Part shown: positions 19,925 through 29,278 of the stretch, one piece after another | Numbering within the stretch: position 1 is the stretch's first letter | Layout of the letters: each line of letters starts with the position of its first letter | Notes under the pieces: generated by a model | The model's database searches: none | Told to the model about the DNA's origin: nothing | The model's input: only the letters and a program-made list of their open reading frames with translations | Assembly: GCA_041946805.1 (NCBI GenBank) | Contig: JBHGBC010000007.1 | Coordinates: 7,527-71,526, forward strand | DNA length: 64,000 nt | Source: a bacterium | GTDB taxonomy: Bacteria > Hinthialibacterota > Hinthialibacteria > Hinthialibacterales > Hinthialibacteraceae | Direction: 5' to 3' | Position numbers and translations under genes: made by a program

Positions 19925-20740
19925 TTAGGGGCGCGGGGAATCCGGCGGCATCAAGGGGGTCCGCGGATCCTTCACGAGCGGTTCGCGGAAGTAGGTCCCA
20001 TCGCCTTCATCGGTTTGCAGCAGGGTGATTTCCACCCGGCGGTTTTGTTTGCGGCCGATGGCGGTGGCGTTGTCCGCCCCGGGCACGGGCTGGTATTCAC
20101 CGAACGATTCGTAGACGAACCGGTCTTCACTCACCTGACCGGCGGGGGATCCCATTTCGGAGAGGAATTTCATGACCGTATACGCCCGGTTGGCTCCCAG
20201 CAGCCAGTTCACCCGCCGGTCGCCGCTGGCGTTGGTGTTGTCGGTGTGACCGCCGACCTTGACCGGATTGGTGGGGAATTGGATCAATTCGCCGGCCACG
20301 AATTGCAGGGCCGCGATCCCCTCGGCCTGCAGATGGTATTGCCCCGGCTCGAAAAGCACATCGCCGGAAAGGCGGAACGTGATGCCCAACTCGGTTCCCG
20401 TGACCTGGAGGACATTCTGCAGGTTGAGCGCCTGGATTCGCCGTTGCTCTTCGCGGAGCAGCTCTTCCTTGGCGTAGGATGTCCGTTTTCTGGTCTGGGC
20501 CGGGCGCGAGATCAAGGGATCCGTCTGCCGGAGGGGAAGGGGAGGGACCACGTAGGGGGCGGGGAGTCCGCCGAAAGCCGCCTTCAGGGAACCGGCCGCT
20601 TGGGTCATTTTCTTTTCTTCCATGGTGGACAGGGCAAAGAGCAGAACGAAAAAACACAACAGCAGCGACATCATGTCGGAGAAGGTGCACATCCATTCCG
20701 GCGCGCCGGACGGAGTATCATCGGTTTTTTTTCTGCGCAT
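19925..20740 (-). CDS. motB: flagellar motor stator protein MotB (paralog 2)
   Basis: Start MRRKKTDDTPSGAPEW aligns with paralog 1. Has an identical 24-aa N-terminal TM segment and a divergent OmpA-like C-terminus (VKVGGHTDNTNASGDRRVNW...NRRVEITL). Confidence 0.8.
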   Translation of the reverse strand: MRRKKTDDTPSGAPEWMCTFSDMMSLLLCFFVLLFALSTMEEKKMTQAAGSLKAAFGGLPAPYVVPPLPLRQTDPLISRPAQTRKRTSYAKEELLREEQRRIQALNLQNVLQVTGTELGITFRLSGDVLFEPGQYHLQAEGIAALQFVAGELIQFPTNPVKVGGHTDNTNASGDRRVNWLLGANRAYTVMKFLSEMGSPAGQVSEDRFVYESFGEYQPVPGADNATAIGRKQNRRVEITLLQTDEGDGTYFREPLVKDPRTPLMPPDSPRP

Positions 20741-20789
20741 CGGGTCGTTGCCGGCCTGGTCCCGGGTCCGGGAAGCCGGATCCTCCTTG

Positions 20790-21554
20790 TCAGTCCTCCC
20801 GCGGGGGGCGCATGGTGGGCGCAAGAAACGCGAGCAGTTTTTGTTCCAGAATGCGGGGATTGTCCCCGGATTGGATCGACATCACGCCTTCGATCGCCAC
20901 TTCCTTGACCAGGATTTCTTCCTGGGACCGGGCTTTCAATTTGCCGGCCAGGGGAATGAAGAGCAAGTTGGCCATGAGCGCGCCGTACAGGGTGGTCAAC
21001 AGGGCCACGGCCATGGCGGGGCCGATGGCGGAGGGATCGTCGAGGTTTTTCAGCATGGCCACCAGGCCCACCAGGGTGCCGATCATCCCCAGGGCGGGGG
21101 CGACCGTTCCCATGTAGAGCAGGATGGATTGTCCGTTACGGTGCCGGTCTTCGATAAAGGCCAGTTCGGTTTGGAGGATATCCTTGATGAGCTCCGGTTC
21201 CACGCCGTCGACGGCCAGCCGCAGGCCGGAGCGGACGAACTCGTCTTCGATTTCATCCATGGAGGCTTCCAGCGACAGGATGCCTTCCCGCCGCGCGCGT
21301 TCCGCGAAGCTGACCAAGGTGCTGACGGTGTCCAGGGGAGAGGCGGTTTGGGAGAAAAACGCGTTTTTGATGACGCTGGTCAGACTGAGAACGGAGGGCA
21401 GCGGGAAGTTGATCAAGGCGCAGGCAAAAGTTCCTCCCACCACGATCATCACGGAGGGATAGTCGATATAGGTGTTGAGGCTGCCGCCGGTCAAGATCGC
21501 CGCGATGACCAGTCCGAAGGCGAGTACGAGGCCGACCACAGTCGAAAGATCCAC
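20790..21554 (-). CDS. motA: flagellar motor stator protein MotA
   Basis: 4-TM MotA/TolQ/ExbB family. Motifs: MDLSTVVGLVLAFGLVIAAIL, and LGMIGTLVGLVAMLKNL...AMAVALLTTLYGALMANLLFIP. Confidence 0.9.
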   Translation of the reverse strand: MDLSTVVGLVLAFGLVIAAILTGGSLNTYIDYPSVMIVVGGTFACALINFPLPSVLSLTSVIKNAFFSQTASPLDTVSTLVSFAERARREGILSLEASMDEIEDEFVRSGLRLAVDGVEPELIKDILQTELAFIEDRHRNGQSILLYMGTVAPALGMIGTLVGLVAMLKNLDDPSAIGPAMAVALLTTLYGALMANLLFIPLAGKLKARSQEEILVKEVAIEGVMSIQSGDNPRILEQKLLAFLAPTMRPPRED

Positions 21555-21583
21555 AGGTAAACCTCCTGATTACCGGGGAGTGA

Positions 21584-21778
21584 TTAGGGCCGCGGAGGCA
21601 TCCCGATTTCCCGTTTGTAGTCGATGCATTTTTCCCGCACCCGGTCGACCGGTTCCCGGACGAGGTATTTCCGGCCCGTGACCAGGGTGATGACGGTGTC
21701 CGGAGTCGCTTCGACGGTTTCGATCAGTTCGGCGTTCATCATGAAGGGCGTTCCGTTGAGTTTGGTCAGCTGGATCAA
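21584..21778 (-). CDS. flbD: flagellar protein FlbD
   Basis: TTG start preceded by GGAGAT. LIQLTKLNGTPFMMNAELIETVEATPDTVITLVTGRKYLVREPVDRVREKCIDYKRE matches the FlbD consensus (MIKLTRLNG...PDTVITL.NGKKY.V.E). Sits immediately upstream of motA. Confidence 0.85.
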   Translation of the reverse strand: MIQLTKLNGTPFMMNAELIETVEATPDTVITLVTGRKYLVREPVDRVREKCIDYKREIGMPPRP

Positions 21779-22355
21779 GCCGGATCTCCTATAGAGAACT
21801 CCGGGCATGGCTTGCTGGATCAAGCTGTCCGGAATCGGTTCCTGAAATTTCTTCGTCAGCTCCTGACGGATACGCTGAATCCGATTTGCATCCCAAGGGC
21901 CCATGGTCATGGTATCTAAACGGAAACAGGGGAAAAACCGGCTTTTCCCCATGGATAAATCCTTCCCGGCCGCAGTGGGCCGAACCGCCTTCATTATCAG
22001 CGTGCCGCCGGGCAAACTTGAGTGGTAGCCCGGTAAACGCCCGCGAGGACAGCGGGGGCTTTGCCCAAAGATATTTGAGTATCCGGAATGATTCGGCATC
22101 CATTTTAAAATCGAGTCCACCCAGACCCAAGGGATGCCGGACCCTCGCCGCGTTATTGCGTGAAGGGATGGGGGCGAACCCCCGGCCGCCTCCTGCCCCC
22201 TCCTGATTCGGATCAAAGCCCCATCGTGCTTTGATCTGAGGATGTATGAGGCGAGCCGGGGCCTGTGGCGTCCTGCTCCTGTTGTCATATGCTGGAGCCC
22301 CATGTGATCGCATTGTCATCCCCGGCCGCAAGCATGCGCCGCAACAGGAAAAGTC

Positions 22356-22383
22356 AGGCCGGAAATTCCAAGAAATTTCCGGC
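22356..22383 (-). terminator. 11-bp perfect stem-loop (GGCCGGAAATT-N6-AATTTCCGGCC) after flgE, candidate attenuator/terminator
   Basis: 42 nt downstream of the flgE stop on the minus strand, followed by TGACTTTTCC. Lies within a 650-bp gene-free gap. Confidence 0.35.
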
Positions 22384-22424
22384 CCCCTCAACACGCAAGA
22401 TCAATAGGGATCTCGAAAGAGTAT

Positions 22425-25409
22425 TTACCGTTTCAGGGAGACCACCTCGGTCAGAATCTGGTCGCCGGTGGTGATCACCCGGGCGTTGGCCTGATAAGCC
22501 CGCTGGGCGATGATCAGGTTGGTGAATTCCTGCGCCAGATCCACGTTCGACAGCTCCAATGCGCCGGAGTTGATCTCGCCGCCTTCCACGCCCGCTTCCA
22601 CGTAAACGCGTTCGCCGGAGTTGGGGCCGGTGGTGAACACGGTGGCCCCGTCCTGGATCAAGCCGCCCTCGTTGGTCACCTTGGCCAGAAGGATCTTGCC
22701 AAGAGACTGTGTGTCGCCATTGGTGAAGATACCCATAATATCACCGTTTTGCGTGACGGTGACACTGTCCAGGCTGCCCGCCGCGCGTCCGTCCTGGCTT
22801 TGAAACTGGGCGGTGTTGGAACCGCTGAAGTAGGTGATCCCATCGAGAGCCATCTGGACGGAAATGGGGGCGACGCCGCTGTTGTTCGGATCCGTGCTGT
22901 CCGGATCGAAGGTGATCACCGGCGCGCCATCTCCGTCGCCGTAGGATTGGAAGCGGCCTTCGCTGTCGAAGATCAAGGTACCGGTGGTCTGGCCGGCTTG
23001 GCCGCGGGGATCGTTGGGAACCACCGCCTGGTAATTGACCGTGTTGCGGATCATACCCGGCTGATGGATGGTGTTGGTGGTGAACGACTGGCCGGAGCCG
23101 TCCCGCGCCACGATTCCCACCGGGACCTGGGGCGCCTGGTCCGCGCCCGGCCGGCCGTCGAAGTTCGTGGGGATGCCGTAGCCTTCTTGATTGAATAACG
23201 CCCGGAACGCGGTGACCTCGGGTTGGAACGCGGCGTACCCGTCGAATTTCTCCGTGGTCAGACTGGTGTTGGTGGGATACACGCCCGTGCTCAAGGCCAC
23301 CAGGTGAACGCCGGAATCGTTGATGCCCGAGGGCAAGGTCGTGGCGGAACTGCCGGAGGCGGAACTGCCGTCGTGGTTGGCCACGCCGAAAGCCTTGGAG
23401 AGGTCGGGATCGAAGGGATCGGCGGATTTGATGAAGCCCGTCGCCTTGCCGCTGTCGGCGGGATTGGCCAGGGGTTCCAGGGGATTGAGGGTGCTGACCC
23501 GGACGGAGCGGGTTTTCGCGGCCAAGTCCAGGACCAGGCCCAATTTATCCTCGCCTCCGGCGGCGGAGATCAGGTTTTGTGTGAGGGTGGCGTCATCCGA
23601 CACGGACATGCCCAGGCTGCCTCCCTTCGCGCTGAAGGCCAGGCTTCCCTCCGGCGTCAACGTGATCTGAATGGTGGGAATTTCGGCCGGGGCGGAAAGC
23701 GTGGTGATGCCGTTCAGGTTCAGGCCGGTGGCGGCGGGATCGATTTTCGTGAGATTCATGGCCACCTGTTGTATGGCGGCGTTGATCCGGTTCTCGATCT
23801 GGGTGCGCATCTCATCCAGGGTGGTGGTGGGACTGAATCCCGTGTCACCCAGCAATCCGCCGCCGGAATTGTTGTTGCTGGTCAGATTCAGCATAGAATC
23901 GCCGGTCACATCCAGCCCGGCGGCGGTGAAGTTCGCGTCGATTCCGCCATCGGCCTGGATGGGAACGTTGAAGGTTCCCCCGTTGAAGGAGAGGGCGCCG
24001 TCGGAAAGCCGCAGGGCGATCAGGTTCCCGCCGCCGTCCTTGAAGGTATAGATTCCCTGGGTGGCGACAATGTTGCTGATTTGGCGGGCGGTGAATACGG
24101 CGGTGTTGTTGGCCGTGTCGAGCACCGGTTCATTGTATTCCGGTTCCGCGGGGATGACGCCGCCCGGGATAAGCGGACGTCCCTGGCTGTCCTGGAACTG
24201 GCTGACACGGGTGGCCCCATCCGCGGGCGGGGTTTGGGTGTCCTTCGCCAGGCCGACCGTGATGGTGTGCGTTTTCCCCTGGGAATCGTAGATGTCGATG
24301 GACGTGGTGGTGTCGGCCCGGCGGATTTTGTTGGTCTGTACGACGGAATCCGGATTGACATTGAGTGTCTTGGTGAAATCGGGGTCGTCCTGGTTCATGA
24401 AGAGATTGCCGATCCGCTGGTTGGCGTCCGCGGGCGGCGTGTCCGAATTGTTCCGGGGGGTCACACCGAGCCGGATGCCTTGGTACGCGTTGTCTCCGCT
24501 GTTGGCCAGTTCGAATTGGCCGGCGCTGGTGAAACTGACCTCCAGTCCGCTGGTCCGAGACGGATCGATGCTCGAGGCCGCCTGGTTGAAGAAATGGTTC
24601 AGGGCGGCCTGCAAATCGGCCACGGTGGTGGTGGAGGTGACGGTCAGGATCACTCCTTTCCCCTTGCCCGTGTCGACACCGGTCAGATCGACCGGATTTT
24701 GGATACTCTCCGGTGGATTTCCGAGGTTCATGTATCCGGTCTCGAAGCGGATGACATCGCCATTCATCAGGCCGAAGGATTTCCCCGTGGCATCGAACAG
24801 TCCCAGCAGGTTCGTCGAGTTTTGAGCCATCTGGACCGCATCGCCGCTGTTGGGATCGCCGATCCGGGCGTTGAAGTTGCCAGCCGCCCGGACGGTATCC
24901 GTCTGTTTGGGCAACGACTGCCGGTTGAAATCGATCTGCAGTTCCGACGGGGCTTCCGTGCTTTGCAACACGCCGTTCGCATCCGCCATCCGCCCGGTCA
25001 ACCGGTAACCGGAGCCGGGATCGACGATGTAGCCTTCGTTGTCGAGGGTGAAGTTACCCGCCCGGGTGAGAAATTCCTGCCCGGCCCCATCCTTGAGGAC
25101 AAAGAAGCCGTCCCCATTGATGGCCAAATCCAGCAAACGGCCGGTGGTCTGGGGGCTGCCCTGGGTGAAAATAGTATCCACGCTGCCCAGATTCACGCCC
25201 GTGCCGATTTGCAGCGGATTGATGCCCCCGATGTTGCCCGTGGCGCCCGATCCGTTGAATAAGGTTTGATAGAAAATATCGTTGAAGGTCGGCCGGCTCG
25301 CGCGGAATCCGACCGTGTTGATGTTGGCGATGTTGTTGCCGATGACGTCGATGTTGTGTCCCATGGCGGTGAGGCCGGTGAGACCCATGAAGATGGATTG
25401 TACTGTCAT
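22425..25409 (-). CDS. flgE: flagellar hook protein FlgE, unusually large (994 aa) with expanded central domain
   Basis: RBS GGAGG. N-terminus MTVQSIFMGLTGLTAMGHNIDVIGNNIANINTVGF and C-terminus GALELSNVDLAQEFTNLIIAQRAYQANARVITTGDQILTEVVSLKR are canonical Flg_bb_rod / FlgE motifs. About 600 aa of Gly/Thr/Asn-rich insert lies between them. Confidence 0.9.
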   Translation of the reverse strand: MTVQSIFMGLTGLTAMGHNIDVIGNNIANINTVGFRASRPTFNDIFYQTLFNGSGATGNIGGINPLQIGTGVNLGSVDTIFTQGSPQTTGRLLDLAINGDGFFVLKDGAGQEFLTRAGNFTLDNEGYIVDPGSGYRLTGRMADANGVLQSTEAPSELQIDFNRQSLPKQTDTVRAAGNFNARIGDPNSGDAVQMAQNSTNLLGLFDATGKSFGLMNGDVIRFETGYMNLGNPPESIQNPVDLTGVDTGKGKGVILTVTSTTTVADLQAALNHFFNQAASSIDPSRTSGLEVSFTSAGQFELANSGDNAYQGIRLGVTPRNNSDTPPADANQRIGNLFMNQDDPDFTKTLNVNPDSVVQTNKIRRADTTTSIDIYDSQGKTHTITVGLAKDTQTPPADGATRVSQFQDSQGRPLIPGGVIPAEPEYNEPVLDTANNTAVFTARQISNIVATQGIYTFKDGGGNLIALRLSDGALSFNGGTFNVPIQADGGIDANFTAAGLDVTGDSMLNLTSNNNSGGGLLGDTGFSPTTTLDEMRTQIENRINAAIQQVAMNLTKIDPAATGLNLNGITTLSAPAEIPTIQITLTPEGSLAFSAKGGSLGMSVSDDATLTQNLISAAGGEDKLGLVLDLAAKTRSVRVSTLNPLEPLANPADSGKATGFIKSADPFDPDLSKAFGVANHDGSSASGSSATTLPSGINDSGVHLVALSTGVYPTNTSLTTEKFDGYAAFQPEVTAFRALFNQEGYGIPTNFDGRPGADQAPQVPVGIVARDGSGQSFTTNTIHQPGMIRNTVNYQAVVPNDPRGQAGQTTGTLIFDSEGRFQSYGDGDGAPVITFDPDSTDPNNSGVAPISVQMALDGITYFSGSNTAQFQSQDGRAAGSLDSVTVTQNGDIMGIFTNGDTQSLGKILLAKVTNEGGLIQDGATVFTTGPNSGERVYVEAGVEGGEINSGALELSNVDLAQEFTNLIIAQRAYQANARVITTGDQILTEVVSLKR

Positions 25410-25604
25410 TGGTGTATGACCTCCCTGTCCAAGCGTTTGGCGCCTTGGCGCCCGGTTCCTCCTTGAACCGCCGTCAATCCGATTGTGGGTGATTTCCAGG
25501 CTCCGGATACACGGGAGCGGAAATCCGGGTGTGGGACCGCGTCCAGCGGTCGGCGGTCCCCAAGGCTTCCTCGGAGAGGTCCAGCCTTGCTGAGGATCGA
25601 TTGT

Positions 25605-26018
25605 TTACCCTGGCGTGGGCATGACCACGGTACTGTCGATCTGGGTGAAGACGATTTTTTGCAACTGGGACTGGTCCATCGCGGTGACCACCGTGCGGTT
25701 GTCCACGTTCACCACGAAGGCTTTGCGGTCCATCAGGATGAGGGAGAGGTGGCCCCCCTTCTCCTTGGCCAGGTCGATGGCCTGGTCCAGCTGGGTCAGG
25801 GTTTGGTCATCCAGATCGATGCCCCGGGATTCCACGCGTTGCCGGGCGTGGGCGGAGAGGTTGACGTCCACGCCGGGTGGAACCATTTTCTCACGCAGAA
25901 TATCCCCGAATGAACGGCCTTGATTGGCCGCGGGCCGCATGCCCACGATCGGCGGTTGGAGAAAATCGGTGATCGCCGGGGTTGGCAATCCGGCCGGCGG
26001 CAGTTGGATCGAATTCAC
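25605..26018 (-). CDS. flagellar operon protein (TIGR02530-like small protein found between flgD and flgE)
   Basis: 137 aa. ATGA-coupled to flgD. Placed between flgD and flgE as in Clostridia/Thermotogae operons. Family call is from context and rough similarity only. Confidence 0.45.
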   Translation of the reverse strand: MNSIQLPPAGLPTPAITDFLQPPIVGMRPAANQGRSFGDILREKMVPPGVDVNLSAHARQRVESRGIDLDDQTLTQLDQAIDLAKEKGGHLSLILMDRKAFVVNVDNRTVVTAMDQSQLQKIVFTQIDSTVVMPTPG

Positions 26019-26698
26019 GCGGCGTTCCTCCTTTCATAGACGGCTTGCACATCCGATAACGGCGCGGCCTGGCCGTTGATCAGCAAAATGGGAGTTCCAT
26101 CCAGGAAGGTGACTCCATCCACCAGATCCCGGATATAAACCGGTATTTCGCTTTCGTTGCCTCCCGCGTCCACGGTGGAGCCGATGGAAATCTGGTAATT
26201 CCCTGCCGTGAGCGTCTGGCCCTTGGCGTTTTTCCCATCGAAGTCGTATTCAACTTCTCCGGGGGCGGGGGCGTTGATCACATCGTTGTAAACAATGCGG
26301 CCCGAGGCATCCGTCACCTGGACCGGAATTTCGCCCGCCTGGGGCGCCTGAAACACGAAATGGACAGCCTCGTCCGGCTGGAAGGCGAACTGATTGCCCA
26401 CCACGGTCGCTTCCTTGCCGATCAAGGAAAGCGCCTGGGCGGTGGCGTTGTTTTGCTGTCCCGCGACCAGTTGCTCCAGGAGTTTGGTTTGCGTTTGTTG
26501 CTGCTCGAGCGAACTGAAGGTCGCCAGTTCCGCCACGAATTCCTGGTTTTCGATGGGATTGAGCGGATCCTGATGCTGCAATTGGGCAATCAACAGGCGC
26601 AGGAAGTCTTCCTTGTTGACGTTGTCCGTGCTCGTGGAGGTCAGCGTGGTTTCGTTTTGGGACACCGGGCTGTTCATGGCGGAAACGGCGGCGGTCAT
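26015..26698 (-). CDS. flgD: flagellar hook capping/assembly protein FlgD
   Basis: KEDFLRLLIAQLQHQDPLNPIENQEFVAELATFSSLEQ is the canonical FlgD N-terminal motif. C-terminal Ig-like domain. Confidence 0.9.
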   Translation of the reverse strand: MTAAVSAMNSPVSQNETTLTSTSTDNVNKEDFLRLLIAQLQHQDPLNPIENQEFVAELATFSSLEQQQTQTKLLEQLVAGQQNNATAQALSLIGKEATVVGNQFAFQPDEAVHFVFQAPQAGEIPVQVTDASGRIVYNDVINAPAPGEVEYDFDGKNAKGQTLTAGNYQISIGSTVDAGGNESEIPVYIRDLVDGVTFLDGTPILLINGQAAPLSDVQAVYERRNAA

Positions 26699-26724
26699 GG
26701 TTCAAGCTCCTTTATCGATCCGCG

Positions 26725-29070
26725 TCATTGGAAATAATCCATCGCGGTAAACCGGTCTTTCCAATACGAATTGTTCCGGCGGGAATGGCGCTCCCCGGAC
26801 GAGCGGCGGCCGGACCGGTCATCCTCTCCGGCGGGATCGTGCCGGCTGGACCGGTTGGATTGGGAATCGTTCTTGGCGGAATCCTGTTGTTTGGCGTCCA
26901 GCGTCTCCTTGGAGATGGTCAACCGTTCCACGCGAATGCCTTGATCGTCGAACGCGGAACGCAGGGCGGTGATATTCTGTTCCAGCAAGGCGCGGGTGGC
27001 GTGTTTTTCGGCGCTGATCTGGGCGGACAACAGGTTGTTTTCCAAGGTCATGCGCACGACGATATGGCCGAGCGATTCGGGAACCAGGCGCAAGCTGACC
27101 TGGCTGCGCTGCGAGCCGAGTGATCCTTGCACGGCGCGCACGATCTGGCGGGAAGCGGTTTCCTGCAATTGGGCGATTTTTTCGGTATAGGCCTGGGCCA
27201 TGCCGGACGCGGAGGGAGTCTGGGCTGCGTGGGTTTCATTCATCACCGGCGGCGCGGCGTCTGGATGCATGGGCTGGTGGCATTGCGCCTGAACGATTTC
27301 CGGATGGACCGGGGTTGCCGGGGTGGTGGCCGGACGGGAAGCCGGCGGCAAGGTTTCCACTACCGTGTCCAGGGTGGCGCCAGAAGACGGTGGCGCAGAT
27401 TCGGTTTGGGATTCCGGAATCCGCTGGAGCTGGGTGTCCGGTTCGCGGTTGGCGGCTTCACGGTGAAGAGAAGCAGATGCGGTTGTCTTTTTCACAACCG
27501 GTATGGCTATCTTTTCCATGGATTCGTTCGAGCATTGGTCCGATGGGCCGTCCTCGGCCATGACATCGATCCCAGGGATGAAATTCTTCCGTTTGTCATC
27601 CAGTTTCACCGAGCCGGGATCATGGGATGGGATTGTCTTACGGGCTTGCGGATTCGCGGCGGACAGGAAAACTGTCTGATCATCTTTCATTCCCCACTTG
27701 GAAGGGATTTCACTGGAGTCCGAAGTGAACAAGAGAGGGGAACGGTCCGGGTACTCCGGGGCTGTGCCCGGGGCGCCGGTTGATGGGAATCCGTTCTGAA
27801 ATCCGGAGGGCATTCCCTGAAACGGAGGAAGAGAATTGGCTGATTGGATGGTCTCCCTTGTTGTGGAAGTGTTGATTTCATCCGTACATTCAATGGGCTC
27901 TTCCAAGGTTATTTGAGTGAAAACAGATTCCGCCGGGAGAGACGGTTTCTCAGTTTTCCGCTGCATGTTCATATCTATTGGGGAGGAATGAACCTTGCCG
28001 GCGGCATGCGGCATGGAACCATGGTGGTCCGCGGATATTCTAGAATGCTCCGTCAGAAACGTGGTTTCAGCGGATAGTTGTGCGCCGGACTGGAAGTGTG
28101 TGACTTTCCTGACCGTCTTCTCTGAACTTATCCCTACGGGAATTGCGGTGTTGTCATTATTGGCGCTTTTGATGCCAACCGACTCCTCTTTGATACTCCG
28201 CTTTGGGGAGTGCTTTGATTCCTGTATTTTATATTTCCCGGTGGGTGCCGGCTGATCAGGGCTGGACTGGATATTCAATGCCATCGGCCTGTCGGGAGTG
28301 GCTAAAAAATGCCGAGAATCGGCAATATTTTCCCACGTTGGGATATCATTTGGGGGGATGGATGGCCCGGATGGAGAAGGGATGGGAATGTCCGTTCCCT
28401 GAGGGTATCCTTGCACGGCAGGTTGGGACGGAAAATCGAAAGAAACACGTGTAGTTTGGCACTCATGCGATGCATTCGAGTCGAGGATGGTTTTTGACAC
28501 ATCGATGGAGTTGTATCCGTTTGACTTGGCATCCCCTCGTTTATCCCGGACCAGGCTGCCAGCGTGAATAATCCGGGGGGAGAGAGCCGGGAGTTCGCCT
28601 GTTTCTTGCGGCGCCGATGCGAAGTCCAGCAGCCGTTCCGTCAAAGGGGAATCCGGTTTCGAGGAAATGCGGTTGCCTTCCAGATTTCCGCCCGCCGGGA
28701 GGGCCAGCGGATCCTGAGTGGAATCCGGCGGGGAAAGTATATTTAAGTGAATCGTGGGATTTTTGTCTTGGCCCTCGGTCCGCGTGGATTCGTGGGACAA
28801 GAAAAGCGCACGGGCAGAGCTTTCCTTTAAGTTCTCTGCCGATATTGCTTTTCGAGACTGGCCAGGCCGGGCCGGGGAGGTTATGGTCACTTCCTGGCGG
28901 GAAGAATGATTGGTTGAAGGACGATGCAGCGCTTCCTGAAACAGGGGGAAGAAGGGGGAAGTGGAGGTTGAGTTCAAAACCGTGGGAGCCTTGGCTCGAA
29001 GCCCGGCCGCCGTATTGGAACGGGAGCGGTCCAAAAAGAAAACAGCGGCGTTTTGTCCCATGTTTACCAT
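26725..29070 (-). CDS. fliK: flagellar hook-length control protein FliK, large Ser/Pro-rich form
   Basis: C-terminal Flg_hook domain: VSLRLVPESLGHIVVRMTLENNLLSAQISAEKHATRALLEQNITALRSAFDDQGIRVERLTI. Long low-complexity N-terminal region. Start is ambiguous (29061-29103). Confidence 0.7.
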   Translation of the reverse strand: MVNMGQNAAVFFLDRSRSNTAAGLRAKAPTVLNSTSTSPFFPLFQEALHRPSTNHSSRQEVTITSPARPGQSRKAISAENLKESSARALFLSHESTRTEGQDKNPTIHLNILSPPDSTQDPLALPAGGNLEGNRISSKPDSPLTERLLDFASAPQETGELPALSPRIIHAGSLVRDKRGDAKSNGYNSIDVSKTILDSNASHECQTTRVSFDFPSQPAVQGYPQGTDIPIPSPSGPSIPPNDIPTWENIADSRHFLATPDRPMALNIQSSPDQPAPTGKYKIQESKHSPKRSIKEESVGIKSANNDNTAIPVGISSEKTVRKVTHFQSGAQLSAETTFLTEHSRISADHHGSMPHAAGKVHSSPIDMNMQRKTEKPSLPAESVFTQITLEEPIECTDEINTSTTRETIQSANSLPPFQGMPSGFQNGFPSTGAPGTAPEYPDRSPLLFTSDSSEIPSKWGMKDDQTVFLSAANPQARKTIPSHDPGSVKLDDKRKNFIPGIDVMAEDGPSDQCSNESMEKIAIPVVKKTTASASLHREAANREPDTQLQRIPESQTESAPPSSGATLDTVVETLPPASRPATTPATPVHPEIVQAQCHQPMHPDAAPPVMNETHAAQTPSASGMAQAYTEKIAQLQETASRQIVRAVQGSLGSQRSQVSLRLVPESLGHIVVRMTLENNLLSAQISAEKHATRALLEQNITALRSAFDDQGIRVERLTISKETLDAKQQDSAKNDSQSNRSSRHDPAGEDDRSGRRSSGERHSRRNNSYWKDRFTAMDYFQ

Positions 29071-29278
29071 CCGTGGCGACTTTCGCGGCGGCTCCGGCCG
29101 CAATGTGGGAACAGATAATGATCAAGGAAAAGCAAAGTCGATGCCAGGTTTGATTTATGGCAAGAAACCAGCGTGAGTATACGGTAATCACTTGATTTTG
29201 TTGAGCTAAAAACCACAATGGCGAAGGAGGGACGGGCAGGGGAAGTCAGGGAAAGGGGCAATTTTTGCCCAGGATGGG

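Noticed and set aside
20015-20908. 297-aa plus-strand ORF across the motB/motA junction and similar ORFs (20479-21117+, 20622-21560+)
   Set aside because: They are antisense to the well-supported motB2 and motA genes and have junk composition.
22000-22080. Possible c-di-GMP (GEMM-like) riboswitch in the flgE-flbD gap (GGGCAAAC / GCTTTGCCC motifs)
   Set aside because: The motif order and strand do not fit the GEMM-I consensus (GGCAAACC...GGACGCAAAGCC) when read in the flagellar-operon transcript orientation. It is kept only as a generic structured region.
21584-22303. 239-aa ORF extending FlbD upstream
   Set aside because: FlbD homologues are ~60-75 aa. A TTG start with a GGAGAT RBS gives a canonical 64-aa FlbD. 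The upstream portion is low-complexity, though a 44-aa in-frame extension (MTMGPW...) cannot be fully excluded.
29150-29240. Sigma-70-like promoter (TCAACA-N17-TATACT, minus strand) upstream of fliK
   Set aside because: Flagellar hook operons are usually sigma-28, sigma-54 or class-II controlled. The hexamers are plausible, but I could not verify coordinates or spacing precisely by eye, and there is no supporting conservation.
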